Source: Lientehia hominis
GTDB lineage: Bacteria; Bacillota; Clostridia; Lachnospirales; Lachnospiraceae
DNA: 32,000 bases
Reading direction: 5' to 3'
Assembly (NCBI RefSeq): GCF_021044755.1
Contig: NZ_JAJNOR010000011.1
Span: forward strand, 43,920 to 75,919
Shown here: piece by piece, positions 14,188-22,814 of the stretch
Layout: each line of letters starts with the position of its first letter
Numbering within the stretch: position 1 is the first letter of the stretch
The notes under the pieces: generated by a model
What the model was told of the DNA's origin: nothing
The model's database searches: none
The model's input: only the letters and a program-made list of their open reading frames with translations
Program-made: the position numbers and the translations under genes

Positions 14188-15342
14188 ATGATCGTAAGGA
14201 CTAAGGACGCGCTGAGGCTTGCCGGCATCTCCGTCATCGCCTTCTGTGCAGTATTTGTGTGTACTCTGTTTTTGAATTTCAATCTTGATATGGTGGGGGT
14301 GAAGTCTCTCGTTTTTTCCGGTGAAGCGATGGCGTTTTATGATGCCCAGGTGCTGATGGGGAATGTGATCAGCTCCGTCAGCGGAGGATGTCTTTTGATG
14401 ACCTCCGTCGTCATGCTGCTCTTTTATATCAAGCACTACATAGACGCCCATAAAAAAGAATTGGGTATCTTAAAAGCGCTGGGATATTCCAACTGGAAAA
14501 TAGCGAAAGGCTTTTGGGTCTTTGGACTGAGTATCCTCACCGGTACGGCTTCAGGATTTGCCGGTTCTTATTTGCTGATGCCGGTCTTTTATGACGCGAT
14601 GAACGGAGGCGGGATCCTGCCGGACATCACACCGCACTTTCATATTTTGCTGGCAGTGTGCCTGGCCATTTTGCCCTCGTTATTTTTTGGAGCGCTGGCC
14701 GTCCTATATGGCTGCTATAAGATGAAATGCCCTCCGCTGGATCTGATACGGGAAAGGACGGAGGCATCCAAAAGGCGGAGAAGAAAAAGGAGACGGGCTC
14801 CGAAAGAGAGTCATTTCCTGGGGGAGCTCAGACGGAGTACCGTGAGGAGCCGGCCGGCCCTTGTTTTCTTTATCGCGTTTTCCTCCTTCTGCTATGCGTC
14901 GATGATGCAGATGTCCGTAAGCATCACAAAGGATGAGCTGGCCGGCCCCATGTTCACAGCGATTGTTTTTATCATTGGCGTTCTCCTTTCCTTTGTCACC
15001 CTGCTCCTGGCTGTCACAACAGTCGTGAACGCCAACGCCAAGAGTATTTCCCTCATGAAGGTGTTTGGCTACTCCTATCAGGAATGCAGAGGGGCGGTCC
15101 TGAATGGATACAGGACGGCGGCATATCTTGGTTTTGCGGTTGGGACTGCGTACCAGTATATGCTGATCAAGATTATGGTCGGGTTTTTTGCTTCGACGAA
15201 AAAAGCTGTGCCGGAGACAAGTTTCAATTTTGCCGGTTTTGCGGCGGTACTCGTTTCCTTTGTCCTGGTATATGAAGCTGTCATAGGTTTCTATGCCATG
15301 AAGATAAGAAGGATTTCTGTGAAAGGTATCATGCTGGAATAA
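14188..15342 (+). CDS. ABC transporter permease, FtsX/MacB-type
   Basis: 384-aa polytopic membrane protein immediately after its ATPase, with FtsX-like helix bundles at both ends. The central cytoplasmic loop carries a very basic run (EASKRRRRKRRRAPKE). Confidence 0.85.
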   Translation: MIVRTKDALRLAGISVIAFCAVFVCTLFLNFNLDMVGVKSLVFSGEAMAFYDAQVLMGNVISSVSGGCLLMTSVVMLLFYIKHYIDAHKKELGILKALGYSNWKIAKGFWVFGLSILTGTASGFAGSYLLMPVFYDAMNGGGILPDITPHFHILLAVCLAILPSLFFGALAVLYGCYKMKCPPLDLIRERTEASKRRRRKRRRAPKESHFLGELRRSTVRSRPALVFFIAFSSFCYASMMQMSVSITKDELAGPMFTAIVFIIGVLLSFVTLLLAVTTVVNANAKSISLMKVFGYSYQECRGAVLNGYRTAAYLGFAVGTAYQYMLIKIMVGFFASTKKAVPETSFNFAGFAAVLVSFVLVYEAVIGFYAMKIRRISVKGIMLE

Positions 15343-15343
15343 A

Positions 15344-15392
15344 TAAAAAAAGGGGCGGTTCCGAATGCGGAACGCCCCTTCTTTGCTTGTTT
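15344..15392. terminator. Bidirectional rho-independent terminator between convergent genes
   Basis: Stem AGGGGCGGTTCCG / CGGAACGCCCCT (15351-15379) with one bulge. An A-run lies upstream and TCTTTGCTTGTTTT downstream. Confidence 0.75.
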
Positions 15393-15994
15393 TATAAGGT
15401 TTCGTACAGAGCTGCCAGGGTGGTGACGATCTGTTTTTCGCTTAAGCGGCTGCTGTCCAGGCAGATGTCATACTGGCTGAGATCCAGCCAATTCTGTCCG
15501 GTGTAATGCTCATAGTATTCTCTTCTTTGTTTGTCCGTTTTTTTCACCAGGGACGCGGCCTTGGACCTGTCAATATCGGCCCGTTCCATGATGGCATCCA
15601 CGCGGTATGCGTACGGCGCACTGATACATACGCGGAGTACATGAGGCACATCGGAAAGGATATGGTTGGCACAGCGTCCGACGATCAGGCAGTCCTCTTT
15701 TTCGGAAAGCGCCCGAATGATATCCTCCTGGGTGTGGAACAACACGTCATTCATGGGGTAAAACCGGTACTGCCCCTCCATTAACGTAGGATCATCCACA
15801 GGATAACGCCATGGATTGGGCCTCTGTTCATCCACCTTCACCAGTTCTTCGTAGGGAATGTTTTTCTGCTCCTGGGCCAGCTTGAGAAGCTCCTTGTCGT
15901 AGAAATGGATGCCCAATGCTTCCGCCAGCTGGATGCCGATGACTCTTCCGTTGCTCCCATAGGTACGGTTGACGGTAACTACGCGTTTGGCCAT
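15392..15994 (-). CDS. Cytidylate kinase-like family protein
   Basis: 200 aa. The N-terminus VTVNRTYGSNGRVIGIQLAEALGIHFYDKELL is typical of the cytidylate-kinase-like (Cytidylate_kin2) family. It is 47 nt downstream of hpf on the same strand. Confidence 0.8.
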   Translation of the reverse strand: MAKRVVTVNRTYGSNGRVIGIQLAEALGIHFYDKELLKLAQEQKNIPYEELVKVDEQRPNPWRYPVDDPTLMEGQYRFYPMNDVLFHTQEDIIRALSEKEDCLIVGRCANHILSDVPHVLRVCISAPYAYRVDAIMERADIDRSKAASLVKKTDKQRREYYEHYTGQNWLDLSQYDICLDSSRLSEKQIVTTLAALYETL

Positions 15995-16041
15995 TGGAAA
16001 TCCTCCTTTCTGTCTGCAGATTCCTATCTTTCAGGCAGGCA

Positions 16042-16569
16042 TCAGAAATCCGGTTCTATAAGACCGTAGGTGTTGCCCTTCCTTTTATATACCACGTTGA
16101 CTTCCTCTGTATCTGCGTTCCGAAAAACAAAAAAGCTGTGTCCCAGAAGCTCCATCTGTACGCAGGCCTCCTCCGGGTCCATGGGTTTTACAGCGAACCG
16201 TTTGGTACGTTCGATTTTTATGGTTTCGGCTTCTTCGGCCTCTTCTTCCATATACGCTTCTGAGAAAGACGCAGCATTCTGCTTCTGGTCGATCAATTTC
16301 GTTTTATAGCGTTTTAACTGCCGCTCAATGATTTCTTCCACAAGATCAATGGACACATACATGTCGCTGCTGACCTGTTCAGAACGGATAATAGAGCCTT
16401 TTACGGGAATGGTGACTTCGATTTTCTGGCGGTCCTTTTCAACGCTGAGTGTGACATGGACTTCGGTGGCAGGAGTAAAATACCGCTCCAGCTTACCAAT
16501 CTTTTCATGGACGGCCGATTTTAGACCCTCTGTAATGTCGATATTTCTTCCTGTAATGATGTACTGCAT
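16042..16569 (-). CDS. hpf: Ribosome hibernation-promoting factor, long form
   Basis: The ORF is 16042..16629. The likely start is the ATG at 16569 (MQYIITGRNIDITEGLKSAVHEKIGKLERYF), with AAGGAG upstream, giving 175 aa. It has an S30AE/YfiA N-domain plus the C-terminal dimerisation domain (FAVKPMDPEEA..LLGHSFFVFRNADTEEVNVVYKRKGNTYGLIEP). Confidence 0.9.
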   Translation of the reverse strand: MQYIITGRNIDITEGLKSAVHEKIGKLERYFTPATEVHVTLSVEKDRQKIEVTIPVKGSIIRSEQVSSDMYVSIDLVEEIIERQLKRYKTKLIDQKQNAASFSEAYMEEEAEEAETIKIERTKRFAVKPMDPEEACVQMELLGHSFFVFRNADTEEVNVVYKRKGNTYGLIEPDF

Positions 16570-16645
16570 AACATCAACTCCTTTTCTGCGTATTCTTGGA
16601 GGTCTTGTAAAAAGACTTCCTAAATCCACGGAAAACCTCAGATGG

Positions 16646-16673
16646 ATTATATTGAAATTATATCATAAAGCAA
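16646..16673 (-). promoter_or_regulatory. Candidate hpf promoter
   Basis: On the minus strand: TTGCTT (16668-16673), a 16-nt spacer, then TATAAT (16646-16651). A second TATAAT is present at 16657-16662. Confidence 0.4.
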
Positions 16674-16843
16674 AAAATATACAAGGCAAAAGATGAAAAG
16701 AAGGTGAATTGTTTGACAACAAAATGTGAAAAAATGTAGGAACGTGGTGACGGAAAAAGTCAAGGGAAAAAGAAGAGAAAAGGTCGAAAAAATGAAAAAT
16801 TGGTTAAGTTCACAAAACAAGTGTTTTTTTTCGACGAAGGGAG

Positions 16844-16962
16844 TAGTCCACACAAAACAGGGGTGAAATTGTGGATAGTGTGGATAAGTCCGTGGACAAC
16901 TATAAAACCTTGTAAAATCAACAAATAAGATTGTGCATAACTTTTGTGGATAATGTGGATAA
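16844..16962 (+). promoter_or_regulatory. DnaA-box cluster
   Basis: Three perfect TGTGGATAA 9-mers (the complement of TTATCCACA) at 16879-16887, 16945-16953 and 16954-16962. One-mismatch boxes: TGTGGATAG at 16870-16878 and TGTGCATAA at 16932-16940. Weaker boxes: CGTGGACAA at 16891-16899 and, in inverse orientation, TAGTCCACA at 16844-16852. All strong boxes share one orientation within about 95 bp of an AT-rich intergenic region. Confidence 0.7.
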
Positions 16963-17097
16963 CTTCTCACGTTACGTGTCGAAAGCCGCAAATCGATTTG
17001 TCGAATTGTGCAACATGTATAAAAAGCAAAATTTGTGTCTAAAACGCTCCCGGAGGGTAAAAGAAGAGAGGAGGGGGGAAGAGTTCCGGAAAAACAG

Positions 17098-17126
17098 TTG
17101 AACTGAGAAGAGGTTGGTGATACAAT
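17098..17126 (+). promoter_or_regulatory. Candidate secA promoter
   Basis: TTGAAC (17098-17103), a 17-nt spacer, then TACAAT (17121-17126), about 90 nt upstream of the secA start. Confidence 0.45.
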
Positions 17127-17217
17127 AAGAAAGATTTATGGTAGATTATCATTGGATAGCTGTGTACTTTTGACGGGACCTGGTCCCAGATTAGTAAAGA
17201 AGCAGGAGCGTACAGAT

Positions 17218-19794
17218 ATGGGTTTAGTACAAAAATTATTTGGAACACACAGTGAGCGCGAGATAAAGCTCATTAAGCCGACTGCGGACAAGGTGGTAGC
17301 CCTCCGCCCGGAGATGATGAAGCTTTCCGATGAGGAACTCCGCGGAAAGACCAGGGAATTCAAAGGAAGGCTGGAAAAAGGGGAGACCCTGGACGATATC
17401 ATGCCGGAGGCTTATGCGGTGGTCCGTGAGGCGGCCAGAAGAGTTCTCAACATGGAACACTATCCGGTGCAGATCCTGGGCGGCATCATCCTCCATCAGG
17501 GACGTATCGCCGAGATGAAGACCGGTGAAGGAAAGACCCTGGTGGCTACTCTTCCGGCTTATTTGAATGCTCTGGAGGGAAAAGGCGTCCATATCGTGAC
17601 GGTCAATGATTATCTGGCCCACCGTGATGCGGAATGGATGGGGCAGGTCCATGAATTTCTCGGGCTGACCGTCGGAGTCGTGCTGAACAGCATGAACAGT
17701 GATGAGCGGCGCGCTGCTTATAATTGTGACATCACCTATGTGACCAACAACGAATTGGGATTTGACTACCTTAGAGACAATATGGTCATTTATAAGGAAC
17801 AGTTGGTGCTCCGGGAGCTCCATTACGCCATTGTCGACGAGGTAGATTCGGTGCTCATTGACGAGGCCAGAACCCCTCTGATCATTTCCGGGCAGAGCGG
17901 GAAGTCCACGAAGCTTTATGAGATCTGCGACAGCCTTGCAAAGAGGCTCCAGCGCGGAGAAGAAAGCGGAGAGATGACCAAGATGGCTGCCATCATGAAG
18001 GAGGAGATCACCGAGACCGGAGATTTCATCGTCAATGAAAAGGAAAAGGTCGTGAACCTGACGGCACAGGGAGTGGAAAAGGTTGAGCAGTTCTTTCATA
18101 TTGAAAACCTGGCCGATCCGGAGAATCTCGAGATCCAGCATAATATTATCCTGGCTCTCCGCGCAAACTATCTGATGTTCCGCGACCAGGACTATGTGGT
18201 CAAGGACGACCAGGTGCTCATTGTAGATGAGTTCACAGGGCGTATCATGCCGGGCCGGCGCTATTCCGACGGTCTGCATCAGGCGATTGAGGCGAAAGAG
18301 CATGTGAAGGTAAAACGAGAGAGCAAGACTCTTGCTACGATCACATTCCAGAACTTCTTCAATAAATTTGACAAGAAAGCCGGCATGACCGGAACGGCTC
18401 TCACAGAGGAAAAGGAATTCCGTGATATTTATGGGATGGACGTCATAGAGATCCCCACCAACAAACCGGTCATCCGTGATGACAGGCAGGACGGCGTATA
18501 TAAGACGAAGAGAGAAAAACTGACTGCCGTTGTGGAAGCGGTCATGGAAGCGCACCGGAAGGGGCAGCCCGTTCTGGTCGGCACTATTAATATTGATTCC
18601 TCTGAGGAAATCAGCAATCTGCTCCGGAAAAAGGGGATTCCCCATAAGGTGCTGAACGCCAAGTTCCATGAGATGGAAGCGGAGATTGTCGCAGAAGCCG
18701 GTGTGCATGGCGCGGTGACCATCGCAACCAATATGGCCGGCCGTGGTACCGATATCAAGCTGGATGATGAGGCGCGGGCTGCAGGCGGGCTGAAGATCAT
18801 CGGCACGGAGCGGCATGAGTCCAGGCGTATTGACAATCAGCTGCGCGGGCGTTCCGGCCGTCAGGGAGACCCCGGCGAGTCCAGGTTCTATATCAGCCTG
18901 GAGGACGATCTGATGCGTCTTTTCGGCTCTGAGCGTCTGATGTCCGTGTTCAATACATTGGGAGTGGAGGACGGAGAGGAGATTGAGCACAAGATGCTCT
19001 CCAGCGCCATTGAAAAAGCCCAGAAAAAGATCGAGGGGAATAACTTTGGCATCCGTAAGAGACTGCTGGATTATGATGAGGTCATGAACGAACAGCGCGA
19101 GGTGATCTATAATGAGCGCCGCCGTGTGCTGGACGGGGAAAGTATGCGGGATGTCATTTATAAGATGATCACTGATACGGTGGAGAACGCGGTGGACGGC
19201 ACCATCTCCGACGATCAGGCGCCTGAGGACTGGGATATCGTGGGTCTGAATGACCTGATCTCTCCAATTATCCCGATCAAGCCCATCGCGATACAGGAAG
19301 AGGAATATAAGAACTATAATAAGAGCCAGCTCAAGCACATGCTGAAGGAAGAAGCCGTAAAGCTTTATGAGGAAAAGGAAGCACAATTTCCTGAAGCGGA
19401 GCAGGTCCGTGAGCTGGAGCGGGTGATTCTCCTAAAAGTGATAGACCGGAAGTGGATGGACCACATCGATGATATGGACCAGCTGCGCCAGGGCATCGGT
19501 CTCCAGGCTTACGGCCAGAGAGATCCTCTGGTGGAATACAAAATGGCCGGTTACGAGATGTTTGACGCCATGACGGCCAATATCCAGGAGGATACGGTCA
19601 AGCTCCTGTTCCATGTCCGAGTGGAGCAGAAGGTAGAGCGTGAACAGGTCGCCAAGGTGACCGGGACCAACAAGGATGATTCGGCTGTCAATACACCCAA
19701 GAAGAGGGAAAATAAGAAAATTTATCCCAACGATCCCTGCCCCTGCGGTTCTGGAAAGAAATATAAGCAGTGCTGCGGCAGGCTGGAAAAATAA
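17218..19794 (+). CDS. secA: Preprotein translocase ATPase SecA
   Basis: The ORF is 17152..19794. The likely start is the ATG at 17218 ([17 protein letters not shown]), with AGGAG upstream. It has the DEAD-like motor ([33 protein letters not shown]) and the C-terminal zinc-binding tail [14 protein letters not shown]. Confidence 0.97.
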   Translation: MGLVQKLFGTHSEREIKLIKPTADKVVALRPEMMKLSDEELRGKTREFKGRLEKGETLDDIMPEAYAVVREAARRVLNMEHYPVQILGGIILHQGRIAEMKTGEGKTLVATLPAYLNALEGKGVHIVTVNDYLAHRDAEWMGQVHEFLGLTVGVVLNSMNSDERRAAYNCDITYVTNNELGFDYLRDNMVIYKEQLVLRELHYAIVDEVDSVLIDEARTPLIISGQSGKSTKLYEICDSLAKRLQRGEESGEMTKMAAIMKEEITETGDFIVNEKEKVVNLTAQGVEKVEQFFHIENLADPENLEIQHNIILALRANYLMFRDQDYVVKDDQVLIVDEFTGRIMPGRRYSDGLHQAIEAKEHVKVKRESKTLATITFQNFFNKFDKKAGMTGTALTEEKEFRDIYGMDVIEIPTNKPVIRDDRQDGVYKTKREKLTAVVEAVMEAHRKGQPVLVGTINIDSSEEISNLLRKKGIPHKVLNAKFHEMEAEIVAEAGVHGAVTIATNMAGRGTDIKLDDEARAAGGLKIIGTERHESRRIDNQLRGRSGRQGDPGESRFYISLEDDLMRLFGSERLMSVFNTLGVEDGEEIEHKMLSSAIEKAQKKIEGNNFGIRKRLLDYDEVMNEQREVIYNERRRVLDGESMRDVIYKMITDTVENAVDGTISDDQAPEDWDIVGLNDLISPIIPIKPIAIQEEEYKNYNKSQLKHMLKEEAVKLYEEKEAQFPEAEQVRELERVILLKVIDRKWMDHIDDMDQLRQGIGLQAYGQRDPLVEYKMAGYEMFDAMTANIQEDTVKLLFHVRVEQKVEREQVAKVTGTNKDDSAVNTPKKRENKKIYPNDPCPCGSGKKYKQCCGRLEK

Positions 19795-19814
19795 AAAGAA
19801 AGAAGGTGAAGCTA

Positions 19815-20928
19815 TTGGTAGAACTTGATCAATTTAAAGTCGATCTCGCGGCTCTGGCAAAACCTTTAGTGGAAGTGAGGGATTCACTTTAACCTGGCTG
19901 GGAAAAGTGAACGGATCGCAGAGCTGGAGAAGTATTTGGAGGAGCCGGATTTCTGGAATGATACGGCGCGCTCCACGAAGATCATGCAGGAGCTTAAAAA
20001 TCTGAAGGATACTGTGGAAGAATTCCACGAGCTGGAAGAAAAGAGAGAAGAAATACAGATTCTCATCGATATGGGATATGAAGAAAACGACGCTTCCGTG
20101 ATTCCGGAGATTGAAGAGAGTCTGACTGCGCTTACGGATAAATTGGAGGAGCTTCGTCTGTCCACACTTTTATCCGGGGAGTATGACCGCGACAGCGCCA
20201 TCCTGACGCTCCACGCGGGAGCCGGCGGCACCGAATCCTGTGACTGGGCCGGAATGCTGTACCGGATGTATACCCGGTGGGCGGAACGAAAGGGCTTTTC
20301 GACAGAGGTCCTTGACTATCTGGACGGTGAAGAAGCGGGAATTAAATCCGTGACCGTGCAGATAAACGGACTGAATGCCTTTGGATATCTGAAATCGGAG
20401 CGGGGAGTCCACCGTCTGGTCCGCATTTCGCCCTTCAACGCGGCGGGAAAAAGACAGACCTCCTTTGTATCCTGTGATGTGATGCCGGATATAGAAGAGG
20501 ATATCGATATCGATATCAATCCCGACGATCTGCGAGTGGATACGTACCGTTCCAGCGGGGCTGGCGGCCAGCATATCAACAAGACATCCTCGGCCATCCG
20601 GATTACCCATATTCCCACTGGAATCGTGGTACAGTGCCAGAATGAGCGTTCTCAGCATATGAATAAGGACAAAGCCATGCAGATGCTGAAAGCGAAGCTG
20701 CTGCTTTTGAAGCAGCAGGAAAATGCGGAAAAGATCTCTGATATCCGCGGGGATGTAAAGGAGATCGGCTGGGGGAACCAGATCCGCTCTTATGTCATGC
20801 AGCCCTACACCATGGTGAAGGACCACAGGACCAATGAGGAGAGCGGAAATGTGGCCAGTGTTCTGGACGGGAACCTGGACAACTTTATCAGCGCATATTT
20901 GAAGTATATTCAGCTGGGTAAGGAATAA
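19815..20928 (+). CDS. prfB: Peptide chain release factor 2, expressed via programmed +1 frameshift (19815..19889 joined to 19891..20928)
   Basis: Frame 0 starts at TTG 19815 (AAGGTGA RBS 6 nt upstream) and reads (M)VELDQFKVDLAALAKPLVEVRDSL, then CTT TAA C. The +1 frame continues NLAGKSERIAELEKYLEEPDFWND through the SPF and GGQ motifs (RISPFNAAG, SSGAGGQHINKT). Confidence 0.93.
19877..19893 (+). promoter_or_regulatory. prfB recoding signal (internal SD-like element plus slippery CTT-stop)
   Basis: GAGGGA (19877-19882), then the 4-nt spacer TTCA, then CTT TAA C (19887-19893). The layout matches the classic AGGGGG-N3-CUU-UGA-C, but the stop codon here is TAA. Confidence 0.85.
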
Positions 20929-20941
20929 AAGAAATGAAAGA

Positions 20942-20975
20942 GGGGTATCTGCTCTGTGCGGATATCCCTTAAAAT
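20942..20975 (+). terminator. Weak terminator-like hairpin after prfB
   Basis: Stem GGGGTATC / GATATCCC (one G.U) followed only by TTAAAATT. A candidate promoter for the next operon lies downstream: TTGCAT (20997-21002), 17 nt, TAAGAT (21020-21025). Confidence 0.35.
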
Positions 20976-21094
20976 TGCAGGAAACTGACATTCGCAAAAA
21001 AAGTAGTTGCATCTTTGGAATAAATGTGCTAAGATTCTTCGTGGTGAAAACACTTGTATCTGATGGGCGGACGCCTGGAGGAAACGGAGGATGT

Positions 21095-21538
21095 ATGGCA
21101 GAAGATAATCAATATTATGTAGTCAGGAACAAAGCGGTACCGGAGGTGCTTCTTAAAGTGGTGGAAGCAAAACGGCTTTTGGACTCGGAAAAAGTGATCA
21201 CGGTGCAGGAAGCTACCGAGCGGGTCGGCATCAGCAGAAGCTCCTTTTATAAATATAAAGACGATATCTTTCCGTTCCATGACAATTCCAGGGGAAAGAC
21301 CATTACCTTCGTGCTGCAGATGGATGATGTGCCGGGGCTTCTGTCCGCGGTATTAAAGACCATAGCGGACTACAATGGGAACATTCTGACCATTCATCAG
21401 ACGATTCCTATCAACAGCGTGGCTTCCCTGACATTGAGCGTGGACGTATTGCCCACTACCGGCGACACTTCAGCCATGCTGGCTGAGATCGAGAAGCTGG
21501 ACGGGATACATTATTTGAAAATATTAGGCAGAGAGTGA
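21095..21538 (+). CDS. ACT domain-containing protein (UPF0735/PheB-like) with N-terminal HTH-like segment
   Basis: The ORF is 20975..21538. The likely start is the ATG at 21095 (MAEDNQYYVV), with GGAGGA upstream. The C-terminal ACT fold is ITFVLQMDDVPGLLSAVLKTIADYNGNILTIHQT. Its position directly upstream of hom is common in Clostridia. Confidence 0.8.
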   Translation: MAEDNQYYVVRNKAVPEVLLKVVEAKRLLDSEKVITVQEATERVGISRSSFYKYKDDIFPFHDNSRGKTITFVLQMDDVPGLLSAVLKTIADYNGNILTIHQTIPINSVASLTLSVDVLPTTGDTSAMLAEIEKLDGIHYLKILGRE

Positions 21539-21549
21539 GAGGAAAACCA

Positions 21550-22761
21550 ATGAAGATTGCAATTATGGGATACGGCACCATCGGCTCCGGAGTGGCGTCA
21601 GTTGTGGAAGAAAACAGGGAGAGTATTTCCAGAAAGGTCGGAGAACCTTTAGAAGTAAAATACGTTCTGGATTTGAGAGAATTTCCGGGAGACCCCATAC
21701 AGAAAAAAATCGTGCATGACGTGGATGTCATCATGAATGACCCTGAGGTAGCTATAGTGGTCGAGACCATGGGCGGCGTGGAACCTGCCCGGACATTTGT
21801 AAAAAAAGCACTGTCGGCGGGAAAATCCGTGACGACTTCCAATAAAGAGCTGGTAGCCAAGTGTGGGACGGAGCTTCTGGATCTGGCAAAAGAGAACCAG
21901 GTCAGTTTCTTGTTTGAGGCAAGCGTCGGCGGAGGAATTCCAATCATCCGGCCGCTGAACCAGTGCCTGACGGCGGACGAGATCATGGAAATCACGGGAA
22001 TTCTGAACGGAACGACCAATTATATGCTGACGAAGATGGACAAAGAAGGGATGACCTTTGACGCGGTCCTCAAGGAAGCCCAGGAAAAAGGATATGCGGA
22101 GAAAAATCCTTCCGCCGATATCGACGGTTTTGACGCATGCAGGAAAATTGCGATCTTGTCTTCTCTGGCATACGGGAGCCAGGTGGACTATGAGGATATC
22201 TATACGGAAGGGATCACAAAGATAACCGATACGGATTTTAAATACGCCAATAAAATGGGGACTTCGATCAAATTATTCGGCACCAGCCGGCGGGTAGGAG
22301 AACAGTTCTACGCGATGGTGGCTCCTGTTATGATCGACTCCAGCCATCCTCTGTACGCAGTGAACGACGTGTTCAACGGCATCATGGTCGAGGGCAATAT
22401 GGTGGATAAGCTGATGTTCTACGGCCGCGGCGCAGGGAGCCTTCCCACCGCCAGCGCGGTAGTGGCAGATGTGATCGAGGAAGCGAAAAATCTTCATTCG
22501 ACGCTGCTGACCAGCTGGAGCACGAAGAAGCTTCCGCTGGCTGATATGGGAACCTATTCCAGGAAATTTTTTGTAAGGATGGCCGGAAAACGGTCGGAAA
22601 AAGCCGCCCAGGCGGAAGCAGCTTTCGGCAGAGTGACATATATTGAATTAGAGGGACTGGATGAATTCGCGTTTGTGACTCCGGAGATGAAGGAATCCGA
22701 CTATACGGAAAAGGCGGCGAAGCTGGACGGTGTGCTGCAGATGATCCGTATGGATATGTAG
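21550..22761 (+). CDS. hom: Homoserine dehydrogenase
   Basis: The likely start is the ATG at 21550 (MKIAIMGYGTIGSGV, an NAD-binding GxGxxG). The catalytic-domain motifs are conserved (TTSNKELVA, EASVGGGIPII, ILNGTTNYML) and there is a C-terminal ACT-like tail. The gene ends with TAG. Confidence 0.92.
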   Translation: MKIAIMGYGTIGSGVASVVEENRESISRKVGEPLEVKYVLDLREFPGDPIQKKIVHDVDVIMNDPEVAIVVETMGGVEPARTFVKKALSAGKSVTTSNKELVAKCGTELLDLAKENQVSFLFEASVGGGIPIIRPLNQCLTADEIMEITGILNGTTNYMLTKMDKEGMTFDAVLKEAQEKGYAEKNPSADIDGFDACRKIAILSSLAYGSQVDYEDIYTEGITKITDTDFKYANKMGTSIKLFGTSRRVGEQFYAMVAPVMIDSSHPLYAVNDVFNGIMVEGNMVDKLMFYGRGAGSLPTASAVVADVIEEAKNLHSTLLTSWSTKKLPLADMGTYSRKFFVRMAGKRSEKAAQAEAAFGRVTYIELEGLDEFAFVTPEMKESDYTEKAAKLDGVLQMIRMDM

Positions 22762-22814
22762 GAAATGGGATTCGGAAGGCAGCAGTTCTATAGCATGGAT
22801 AGCAGGAGGATAAT

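Noticed and set aside
14727-14800. The poly-Arg/Lys run (KRRRRKRRR) in the FtsX-type permease as a sign of a frameshift or gene fusion
   Set aside because: The reading frame is continuous and both halves look like FtsX-type helix bundles. A basic cytoplasmic linker between bundles is compatible with the positive-inside rule. The alternative-frame ORF 14727..14936 has no support.
16640-17100. The DnaA-box cluster being the chromosomal replication origin (oriC)
   Set aside because: There is no dnaA, dnaN or rpmH nearby. Genes to the left (11.4-15.3 kb) and to the right are both mainly on the + strand, so there is no clean strand-bias switch. I could not identify a convincing AT-rich 13-mer-type unwinding element. 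A secondary DnaA-box cluster is more likely, though oriC cannot be strictly excluded without genome-wide GC skew.
17236-19386. 716-aa ORF on the minus strand, plus similar long antisense ORFs at 2674..3768, 5531..6184, 7630..8370, 11625..12419, 13476..14282, 20170..21012, 24375..25169 and 25929..26564
   Set aside because: Each lies entirely antisense to a strongly supported conserved gene (secA, ABC exporters, P1B ATPase, FAD oxidoreductase, ABC ATPase, prfB, tex). Their products are low-complexity and His/Arg/Leu-rich with no recognisable motifs. These are shadow ORFs.
22762-22814. A lysine riboswitch (L-box) or T-box leader in front of lysC
   Set aside because: The hom-lysC gap is only 53 nt, far too short for either element. 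The 166-nt region upstream of the ACT gene (20929-21094) shows no T-box or L-box motifs.
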